A DNA stretch of 13,669 bases from Sulfolobus ellipsoid virus 1 and six more viruses of crenarchaea, in IMG/VR virus record IMGVR_UViG_2974636107_000001, positions 1 through 13,669 of that record. The stretch is one strand, 5' to 3'. This document shows positions 6,505 through 13,669 of the stretch, in pieces. The number at the start of each line of letters is the position of its first letter. Position 1 is the stretch's first letter. The position numbers and the translations under genes were made by a program. A model generated the notes under the pieces. It saw only the letters and a list, made by a program, of their open reading frames with translations. It had not been told where the DNA came from and searched no databases.

Positions 6505-7630
6505 TGCTGTTTTTTACTAATATGATAGTTGACGGAAATTACACAGTATACGAGGATGCAAATTTAGCAATATATATACCTCCAGGTTCAGATTTTGATT
6601 ATATCTTTACCAAAAATGGGCAATTTATTCTACAGATAATTGCTCAAGGTATTGGTGTAATATTTCAGCAAACAGTAAATTATACTGGGCCAGGATTATA
6701 TAAATTCCAGGTAAGTAGCGGTGGAGTAATAACTCAAATAACGCCAATAACAATAGATATAATAATAGGGAATAATATAGTAATATATGAGTTTCAAGGA
6801 ATTATAATACCTGGAGATCAAGCGAGCACAATGGGACTTACAGTTAATGAAGTATCATATCCAGGACAAGGACTATTTATTGTACAAGGATATCCATGGT
6901 ATATGTACAATCCTAATTATCCAGTCGTATTTGCGCCGATTGGATATACTGGATTGTTTATGGGTATCGATAACGTTGTAATGGAGAGACGCACGGTCAG
7001 CCCAACTAATATGTTTTTACAGCCAGACGGAAAAGTGCCATATGCGTATCAATTGACCATAACGATACAGAATGCTAATGCACAGCAGATAATACAGGCC
7101 TTCAATCAAGCTATTGAGTTTGCAGCTGGGATGGGAGCTGTTGCGTATGAAATTACATCAAATAATCAAATTACATTCTACATAATCTTCATATCGCCAA
7201 CATCTTGGTGGGTAGTAGCTTTAGTATTTGTAGTTGCATTAGCCCTTTTGGCCGCGGCTGTTTTTGTGGATAAGTTAACGAAAGGAGTAGCAATGGACAT
7301 GCAGGCGCAGGCGATATCAAATGCATATAATGCAAATACGCAAGCGTTTCAGCAGTGTATTTCCAGCTGTTATCAGCAGACGTCTGGAAGGACGCAATGC
7401 ATAAACAATTGTTATGCTAATTACGTGAAAGTTTTAACGATGTTGGGAGCGCAGTTTGGTTCACTAAATCAAGTTCTAAGTCAGCCAACTCTAAGCTTTA
7501 GTGGACAGACGAATGTTAGCGTGCAAACTAACTGGGCAACGGTAGCGGCGTTACGTTGATAATAGGTGGTGCGGGGGTAGCGTGGGGTATCTATGAGTGG
7601 AAGAAGAAGAAAAAGAGTAAAACACAGTAA
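6501..7630 (+). CDS. Membrane/virion protein (352 aa as annotated, ~376 aa after a -1 frameshift at about 7553)
   Basis: Beta-rich N-terminus, TM helix WWVVALVFVVALALLAAAVFV and twin CxxxC motifs. The -1 frame continues TLIIGGAGVAWGIYEWKKKKKSKTQ* (stop at 7630). Confidence 0.75.
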
Positions 7631-7641
7631 AGCATAAATAC
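7630..7641 (+). promoter_or_regulatory. Putative BRE/TATA promoter
   Basis: AAAGCATAAATA about 20 nt before GTG 7661. Confidence 0.45.
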
Positions 7642-7660
7642 CTATACTTATTGAATAACT

Positions 7661-8362
7661 GTGATAGTAGGTATAACTGATAAATATGTATTTCATTCAA
7701 AACCATTTTCAGCAACTAAGAAGTTTCTAAGATATAAAGATAAAATACATGTATATACTGGCCCAATTTACTTTCTATCTTCAAACATAGATTTGAACTC
7801 ACTTAAGTACTTAATGTCGGATGTAGGATATTGTAGTCCACCAGGTAAGAACAATAGTGACTATCTTACAGCATTCCATTGTGTATCGAGGGAGATGTGC
7901 AATATAGTGAGTAATATACAATTATCGGACGGGACGAAAGTGAATGTAATAAAGACGCCATATATGAAACACTGTAGTAATATTTTATGTAGATTACTAT
8001 TCGAGATTGGACTGAATAGGTTATTTCCAATGTGTATAGAAGATGAAGATTTAGCATGGATAAGTGCTGGGAATAATATTGGACCTACTAAAGGAGTATT
8101 ATTTGCAGGTTCTCTAGGTTCGATATATGGTAGTATTGCAATATTTAGTGGAGATTTAATAGTAGGAAAGAAATACAAGGTGATATCTAGAGATTTCTAC
8201 ATAGGAAAGACAATAGAGTGGGAAACGACTATAAATGGGAAAGGAATATTTTATGTTCTTTATGAAAATGGAAAAGGAATTTGGATAAGAGGATATTACA
8301 GCTTTCCAACGCAGGTTAGGATAAAACCTGGATTCTCTGGAAGCCCAGTGATTGAGGAGTAA
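7661..8362 (+). CDS. Trypsin/chymotrypsin-like serine protease
   Basis: Triad motifs in order: YLTAFHCV (His), EDEDLAWI (Asp), KPGFSGSPVI (Ser). Confidence 0.85.
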   Translation: MIVGITDKYVFHSKPFSATKKFLRYKDKIHVYTGPIYFLSSNIDLNSLKYLMSDVGYCSPPGKNNSDYLTAFHCVSREMCNIVSNIQLSDGTKVNVIKTPYMKHCSNILCRLLFEIGLNRLFPMCIEDEDLAWISAGNNIGPTKGVLFAGSLGSIYGSIAIFSGDLIVGKKYKVISRDFYIGKTIEWETTINGKGIFYVLYENGKGIWIRGYYSFPTQVRIKPGFSGSPVIEE

Positions 8363-8372
8363 AGTTTTTATA
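8361..8372 (+). promoter_or_regulatory. BRE + TATA promoter
   Basis: AAAG-TTTTTATA about 21 nt before ATG 8393. Confidence 0.55.
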
Positions 8373-8392
8373 GTGAAGTACGGAGTATGACA

Positions 8393-8699
8393 ATGAATAA
8401 TGTCTCGAGAATAATACTTACTGGGATTATGATTTGGCTATTTGTGTAGCAGCTATCTAGTTGTACCTACTAGTCCACTTAAAGTGGCATTTATAATGGG
8501 TGTAGAAGTTTTAGGAGGCATATTCAGCAAAAGGTTTACGTCTATAGTGGGTTCATTTATTTGGTTCATTATAACACCTATTCTACTATATCTGCCATGG
8601 CCTCTAGCTATGCTGGGATTTCTAACGCTCTATGGTGCATTACCTTTTGGTGTCGGGATAGTCAATTGGCCATATCCTCGAGATGCCTGCGGTTGTTAA
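8393..8699 (+). CDS. Multi-pass membrane protein with a +1 frameshift at about 8433 (ORF track shows only 8442..8699)
   Basis: MNNVSRIILTGIM.. stops at 8449. The other frame is open from 8433 (FGYLCSSYLVVPTSPLKVAFIMG..) with three further hydrophobic segments. Confidence 0.6.
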
Positions 8700-8701
8700 A
8701 A

Positions 8702-8716
8702 AATAGACTTATAATA
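8702..8716 (+). promoter_or_regulatory. Putative BRE/TATA promoter
   Basis: AATAGAC-TTATAATA about 20 nt before ATG 8736. Confidence 0.55.
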
Positions 8717-8735
8717 TAGAGTGAATTAACATCGC

Positions 8736-8998
8736 ATGATTTTTCATAAGGACTCGAGAACAATAGACTTGGATTATGGTCATATTATTATGGGTATTGA
8801 AAGGAAATCTCGAGGAAATTATGACCTATATATACTGATTAAGAAGGAAGGAAAATTTGAAGTTGACAGTATATTTACTGGAGATGTAATGGTGGTTGAT
8901 AGAGGAAGTTTTGTATCGACTTCTAGAGGATTCCCGATGCTTCTTGTAGAGGTTCCCGATCGATAGATTTTAATGCGGTTAAAACTAAATGGACATGA
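8736..8998 (+). CDS. Hypothetical protein (~72 aa after removing the vector-like insert, ...[17 protein letters not shown])
   Basis: Deleting 8920-8963 gives a frame ending TGA 8996-8998, an ATGA overlap with the GT start at 8995. Confidence 0.65.
8915..8964. other. Polylinker-like insert at a ClaI junction (probable artefact)
   Basis: ATCGAC-TTCTAGAGGATTCCC...ATCGAT resembles pUC TCGACTCTAGAGGATCCCC. Near-copy at 9834-9881. Confidence 0.75.
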
Positions 8999-10005
8999 TT
9001 TTGGGTATTAGTGCATATAGAAAAGAAACAAAAACGGGTCTGAGAAACACGATTTATACGGCAATAAATACGGGAAAAGTAAAGAAGATACTTCTGGGAC
9101 TCGATAAACCTGAAGATAAGGAGATATTCAACGACATAATAAACGAATTTAAAGACTATATTATAGACGTAGTATACGCAGAAGGATTGGGAGCTAATAG
9201 AAATGAACTATTAGTACGTGGTTCTGAAGAAAATGAAGACTACATATGCTTGGCTGACAGCCACCTATACTTCATTACACCAGTGGCAGACATAGTTAAA
9301 ACGATGTGTAACTCTCAGGCATGTGATTTCAAACGATTTGACTTTGGATTTGATGTTGAGAACAACCCACTATCAGTACTTAATAGATCGGTACATCACT
9401 TCGGTCAGTTTAATATCGACAGGTTGGCCAATAACTATATCTTCAGTTGTGAATACAAATACTATGCCAATAATCCATTCTTATGCTTCAAGAAAAGCGC
9501 AATTAAGGAGCTACTTAATATATATGGAGGAAAAATAATACCGTGGCAACACTATGGAGCTGATATGGAACAGATATACGTTTCAATAGTGAGAAGATAT
9601 GGGAGAACAGCTGGCAAATGTATCGGAACTTCACCAATATACGGACATAGAGCTACTGTAAGTAATACTGAACATGAATTTTGGAAATCGAGATGGACGA
9701 TTAAAGATTATAGCGAAGGATGGTATCAAGCAAATGCGTGCTTCCTTGCACTTCATATACCTCGAGAGTTGTGGAATCTGAAACCAAGAATATTTGAACC
9801 AGACAAATGTAAATTACATATAAACTTTATAAAATCGACTCTAGAGGATTCCCAAGCTTCTTCTAGAGGTACCGCATCGATGATATATGCAGTTGATGGA
9901 ATAGATAGAAACATACTTAACTATCTAGGTAAATATACGGCTGATAGTACTGGAACTGTAAGCTTAACCAATCTTCAACCTGGTAAATATATAGCTATTG
10001 AGTAA
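8995..10005 (+). CDS. GT-A fold glycosyltransferase (GT2-like, DSH motif); C-terminal ~55 aa unreliable
   Basis: MILGISAY strand, [15 protein letters not shown] and [15 protein letters not shown] motifs. It spans the vector-like insert at 9834-9881. Confidence 0.85.
   Translation: MILGISAYRKETKTGLRNTIYTAINTGKVKKILLGLDKPEDKEIFNDIINEFKDYIIDVVYAEGLGANRNELLVRGSEENEDYICLADSHLYFITPVADIVKTMCNSQACDFKRFDFGFDVENNPLSVLNRSVHHFGQFNIDRLANNYIFSCEYKYYANNPFLCFKKSAIKELLNIYGGKIIPWQHYGADMEQIYVSIVRRYGRTAGKCIGTSPIYGHRATVSNTEHEFWKSRWTIKDYSEGWYQANACFLALHIPRELWNLKPRIFEPDKCKLHINFIKSTLEDSQASSRGTASMIYAVDGIDRNILNYLGKYTADSTGTVSLTNLQPGKYIAIE
9834..9881. other. Polylinker-like insert at a ClaI junction (probable artefact)
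   Basis: ATCGACTCTAGAGGATTCCCAAGCTT...GGTACC..ATCGAT packs XbaI, HindIII and KpnI sites. The first 15 nt after A (TCGACTCTAGAGGAT) match the pUC polylinker. Confidence 0.8.
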
Positions 10006-10006
10006 T

Positions 10007-11089
10007 GTGTCGTACCAAATAACTATAAATAATAATACTACAAGTAACGTTCAAAATATAGTTATAGCTGATCCTAATCTAGCATCTTTAGGTGAAAATG
10101 TAGTATTTAGTGATTCTCAAGGACCATTATCATCGTTGTATGTATATGATGGTGTATGGGTAGTTAAATTAAGGTCACCGCTTTCACCTGGACAGAGTAT
10201 AACAATAACAGCATCTAGTGGTACACCTAATATAGACCCCACAATAGCACTATACTATAATAATGGAAGCTCATATTCAAACCTTACACTAGTAGGTTCA
10301 CCTACAGTATCTATTGTACAGGACTTTGGTGGATATGCAATAAGTGCATATGCATCTGGGGACTTCTTCTTAGTAGCATCGCCTACTGGATTTACTCCAA
10401 GTAGCAGTAGACTACTAGTTGTTGATAGATGGGCAACTACTCCTACGAGTCTTGACGCAGTAGGTTTGAGGTTATATGCAGATACTAACGACTGGTTCGG
10501 TGTAGTTAGGAAATATATTAATGGAGCTCAGAATGTAAGCATTGAACAAAAGATATCTGGAACATATTCAGTAGTAAATGAAATAGATATATCACAGTTT
10601 GCGGCATTTACTGATCCATTAGTAATGTACTTATCAATAAATGGAAGTACTGCAAACGTAAAGGTATACAAACAGGGCTCAAACATTGGAACTGTAAGTG
10701 GTAACTATTCTACTACTCCATATGGAAATCCATCTATGGCAGGATATGGAACAGTTGATAAGCATTATGCTAACTTTATTGTGTTACCATATGAGCCAGA
10801 CCCACAGGTAACAGTTACTCCTATATCTTCACCATCTCCTACTCCTACACCGACACCGACGCCTACGCCTACACCGACATATGATATCACTTATGTAGTA
10901 TTTGATGTAACGCCTTCACCTACTCCAACTCCTACTCTTACATCGACACCCACTCCTACTCCTACGCCAACATATGATATAACTTATGTAATATTCGATG
11001 TAACACCTTCACCCACACCTACTCCAACACCTACTCCTACACCAACTCCGACGCCAACTCCTACATCGACAACGTCATCTAACATCTAG
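10007..11089 (+). CDS. TPX: TPX surface protein (360 aa from GTG): DUF2341-like N-terminus, beta-sandwich/lectin-like domain, Thr-Pro stalk; anchor in the +1 frame to 11222
   Basis: [20 protein letters not shown] resembles DUF2341. Thr-Pro blocks are separated by YDITYV(V/I)FDV. Matches my recollection of TTV1 TPX. Confidence 0.85.
   Translation: MSYQITINNNTTSNVQNIVIADPNLASLGENVVFSDSQGPLSSLYVYDGVWVVKLRSPLSPGQSITITASSGTPNIDPTIALYYNNGSSYSNLTLVGSPTVSIVQDFGGYAISAYASGDFFLVASPTGFTPSSSRLLVVDRWATTPTSLDAVGLRLYADTNDWFGVVRKYINGAQNVSIEQKISGTYSVVNEIDISQFAAFTDPLVMYLSINGSTANVKVYKQGSNIGTVSGNYSTTPYGNPSMAGYGTVDKHYANFIVLPYEPDPQVTVTPISSPSPTPTPTPTPTPTPTYDITYVVFDVTPSPTPTPTLTSTPTPTPTPTYDITYVIFDVTPSPTPTPTPTPTPTPTPTPTSTTSSNI
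10832..11066 (+). repeat. Three Thr-Pro blocks separated by two copies of a 10-codon spacer (93-bp period)
   Basis: acatatgatatcacttatgtagtatttgatgtaacgccttcacc at 10877 and acatatgatataacttatgtaatattcgatgtaacaccttcacc at 10970. Confidence 0.95.
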
Positions 11090-11231
11090 TTGTAATCCAA
11101 TAATAACAACAGGTATTCAATTCCTTGACAGTATAGTATTGTGTATAAATGGATTGGGAATAACAGTGTTCATAATAATGCTAATTGTAATAGCAATAAT
11201 AATTATAGCATATATAATATGATAAACATAG

Positions 11232-11366
11232 ATGGAGACTCAGTGTGAATATGGAATACAGTGTACTAATGAAGAAAAATGTATATGGCTCGGAGGTACA
11301 TGTATCAAGAAGTGTGAACATGGATGTTGTTGTATATTTATTACTTTGAATGATACACACTACTAA
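11232..11366 (+). CDS. Small Cys-rich peptide (44 aa, 8 Cys), not in ORF track
   Basis: METQCEYGIQCTNEEKCIWLGGTCIKKCEHGCCCIFITLNDTHY, starting 10 nt after the stop of the TPX anchor frame. Confidence 0.6.
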   Translation: METQCEYGIQCTNEEKCIWLGGTCIKKCEHGCCCIFITLNDTHY

Positions 11367-11403
11367 ATAATAACGTTACTGATTATATCACTGAACCTTA
11401 TTA

Positions 11404-11423
11404 ATCGATCCTCTAGAGTCGAT
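11404..11423. other. Vector polylinker remnant at a ClaI/AccI junction
   Basis: GATCCTCTAGAGTCGA (11407-11422) is a 16-nt match to pUC/M13 BamHI-XbaI-SalI. GT|CGAT is the product of ligating a ClaI end into AccI. Confidence 0.9.
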
Positions 11424-11523
11424 AACTTCGAAAAGCATGAGCTTTACTGATATATAAGGCTGATAGGACTATTAGAGTTTCTAAAATTAGTTGAATCTGC
11501 CGAATTAATAATGATGGGTAGCT

Positions 11524-11844
11524 ATGATAGCTGAGCAGATATTTATAATAATATTAGTATTAACAGTACTACACACGGCGATTGAAAGGATAGCTAAGCG
11601 TAGTCTATCATATAGTAATGTAAATTACACATATACTCAGTCGATATCGTTCTTAGTGGGATATACTATAGTTTACATAATTATGTCACATATAAGCCAT
11701 GCGGTCATTATATCTATAATGATTATGATATCATATGCGATATATATTGTAATTAAGATGAGAAATAATCAGCAAATACAGAACGATATTGAGATGTTTA
11801 TGTTTGGAATGATAGCTGGACTAGGTATAGAGATAGTAGGATAA
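11524..11844 (+). CDS. Multi-pass membrane protein (106 aa)
   Basis: Three to four hydrophobic segments. Confidence 0.75.
   Translation: MIAEQIFIIILVLTVLHTAIERIAKRSLSYSNVNYTYTQSISFLVGYTIVYIIMSHISHAVIISIMIMISYAIYIVIKMRNNQQIQNDIEMFMFGMIAGLGIEIVG
11779..11835 (+). repeat. Diverged direct repeat, copy 1 (encodes QNDIEMFMFGMIAGLGIEI)
   Basis: 45/57 nt identical to 12459-12515 in a gapless manual alignment. Confidence 0.85.
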
Positions 11845-11854
11845 AGTATATAAA
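11843..11854 (+). promoter_or_regulatory. BRE + TATA in front of the Thr-Pro cassette
   Basis: AAAG-TATATAAA, with GTA 11874 at the 20-nt spacing where other genes have their start codon. Confidence 0.55.
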
Positions 11855-11873
11855 TAAGTAGGAATTAATTAGC

Positions 11874-12458
11874 GTATCTGCAACTCCAACGCCTACGCCT
11901 ACACCCACACCAACGCCAACTCCGACGCCTACTCCTACCCCTACTCCGACACCTACGCCGACTCCCACTCCAACACCTACTCCGACTCCGACACCTACTC
12001 CAACACCAACGCCAACTCCGACACCGACTCCAACGCCAACGCCTACTCCTACACCAACCCCAACACCTACCCCTACTCCTACACCTACGCCGACTCCGAC
12101 TCCGACACCCACTCCTACGCCTACTCCGACTCCTACCCCAACTCCTACTCCCACTCCCACCCCTACTCCGACTCCAACACCGACTCCGACACCTACTCCG
12201 ACGCCTACTCCGACTCCAACGCCGACTCCTACACCAACGCCTTCACCTACACCAACTCCCACCCCTACTCCGACTCCGACGCCAACTCCGACTCCCACTC
12301 CAACGCCTACACCAACTCCGACGTCATGTAAACCGATAATTACTACTGGAGTATCATGGTTAGATACAACGATAATATGTGCTGGAAGTGTTGGTATTTC
12401 GCTATTTGAAATATTACTATCAATACTAGTAATACTGCTTATAATAGCACTGATATAA
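11874..12458 (+). pseudogene. Start-less TPX-like cassette: (Thr-Pro)~73 plus a C-terminal membrane anchor
   Basis: Frame open 11862-12458 with no ATG/GTG/TTG start before the tract. Ends [44 protein letters not shown]. Confidence 0.75.
11883..12323 (+). repeat. 441-nt (ACN CCN)n Thr-Pro repeat with a single Ser
   Basis: 147 codons alternating T/P using all synonymous codons. One TCA at about 12243. Confidence 0.97.
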
Positions 12459-12515
12459 CAGAATGATATAGAGATGATAATATTTGGAATGATAGGTGAC
12501 CTAGGGATGACGATA
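12459..12515 (+). repeat. Diverged direct repeat, copy 2 (QNDIEMIIFGMIGDLGMTI remnant)
   Basis: See copy 1. Lies in frame directly after the cassette's TAA. Confidence 0.85.
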
Positions 12516-12524
12516 TAAATAAAG

Positions 12525-12539
12525 CAAAAAATTTTTAAG
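12525..12539 (+). promoter_or_regulatory. BRE + TATA promoter
   Basis: CAAAAAA-TTTTTAAG, with GTG 12559 20 nt downstream. Confidence 0.6.
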
Positions 12540-12558
12540 ACCTAAAATACTCTATATT

Positions 12559-13669
12559 GTGCCATCATTTAGTACACAGTCAATAACTAGACCGTCTGTA
12601 GGTGTAGCAATTGGACCCGATGGAATATATAGAGCTCTTTATGGATGGTATGGAAATGAACAGCCGCTGGAAATAGATAAATGTTCATATGATTTATCGA
12701 CTTGTTCTCCTGTAGTATCGAGTGGACCAACAATAGGTGATGGATATGGAGGATTTTATGATGGAACTAATATATGGTTCAGTGGTTCAGATGAGGCGAA
12801 TGATCAAGGAGTGGTAGCAAGCTATAATCCATCTACAGGAGCATTCAATTATGCATATTATCCTGGTAATTCTACAAAATACGTAATTAAGATATTCTAC
12901 TATAATGGATACTACTATTTGATAACATGCTGTGACCCAGGAACACTACTTAAGTGCACAAATCCTCTAAATCCGTCTACATGTACCCAGCTTAATATAA
13001 ATGCACCTACTTCATTTACAGTTCAAGAATACTATATGTATACACAAGGCTCATATGCACTACTATCATACTTCCAGAAAAATATGAATAATAAATTGTT
13101 CAGTTTATGTAATTTCGATGGAACAAATCTATATAACTGTATAAATATATACTCTACGACTGGAATACTACATTATCTCCATCACAGTTTACTAGAGGAG
13201 CAATATGTGGAGATAATATAGTATTCCCAGATATTATAAACAATGGAAGTAGTGTTGAGTTCGATGTATATGTAGCGCCTCTTTCAAATCCAACTAGTTA
13301 TACCAAAGTTTATAGTTCAACATATACACTATCTACTACTACTGGTGAGCTTCATGCGAATATAGCATGTCTTGGAGGAAGGTTTGCTATTGCGCAACTA
13401 TCTCGATCTTCGGTACAAGGAGAAATAACTCTGATAGACCTTAATAATAATTCGGTATATGCTAAATATAGCTACATATATCATTTCCATCCAGATGACG
13501 TAATATTCTATGGTGGAAGTCTAATAGGTTCATGTCAGAATGCGAGTGGAGCAAATCAGTCTCTATTACCAATAATATCGTTTAACTATAGGCTTGCTTC
13601 AGCTAGTGTGTCTGGAAGCTCTGCGACGTTGACTGGATTTGACCCTAATGCTATTGTAAGACTATCGAT
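12559..13669 (+). CDS. Large beta-rich (Y/S/T/N/G/C) putative virion or adhesin protein; -1 frameshift at about 13165; 3'-partial (>=370 aa)
   Basis: ORF 12559..13221. A second frame is open from 13137 to the window end with the same composition (NTTLSPSQFTRGAICGDNIVFPDII...). Confidence 0.75.

Noticed and set aside
22-8178. Other minus-strand ORFs in the track (22..378, 1467..1688, 1688..1888, 1771..2037, 2138..2389, 2791..3132, 3226..3417, 7481..7696, 7861..8178, 7866..8057)
   Set aside because: All lie antisense to well-supported + strand genes and show no motifs or promoters.
9323-9538. Alternative-frame + strand ORF of 71 aa
   Set aside because: Fully nested in the glycosyltransferase gene, with no SD, promoter or motif.
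8915-9881. The two ~45-bp look-alike elements as att sites or mobile-element ends
   Set aside because: They resemble the pUC polylinker and sit at ClaI sites, removing one restores gene coupling, and no integrase or transposase is encoded.
11798-12298. Minus-strand (Gly-Val)n ORF of 166 aa
   Set aside because: It is the antisense shadow of the (ACN CCN)n tract. The + frame has the promoter, the anchor and the TPX paralogy.
10832-12323. Repeats as a CRISPR array or mini-array linked to Cas4
   Set aside because: The units are in-frame coding repeats with synonymous variation, not constant repeats with unique spacers.

Overview
AT-rich (visual estimate), gene-dense DNA with every credible gene on the + strand, frequent ATGA/GTGA stop-start overlaps and leaderless archaeal BRE/TATA promoters about 20 nt before start codons. 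I recognise it from memory (not a database search) as the partial genome of Thermoproteus tenax virus 1 (TTV1, Tristromaviridae), an enveloped filamentous crenarchaeal virus. It encodes small early proteins, a Cas4-family nuclease split by a one-base frameshift (N-terminal part = described 'TP1'), two tandem major capsid protein homologs (the second with a Gly15 tail), envelope protein TP3, two DxH-type GT-A glycosyltransferases, a trypsin-like protease, membrane proteins and TPX with Thr-Pro repeats. A second, start-less (Thr-Pro)~73 cassette carries a paralogous membrane anchor and is bracketed by diverged direct repeats. The record is also damaged: nt 1-58 and three internal ClaI junctions look like pUC/M13 vector sequence, and at least seven genes are broken by single-base frameshifts. 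Repairing these restores an intact Cas4, C-terminal anchors on TPX and ORF352, and a >=370-aa protein running off the right end.
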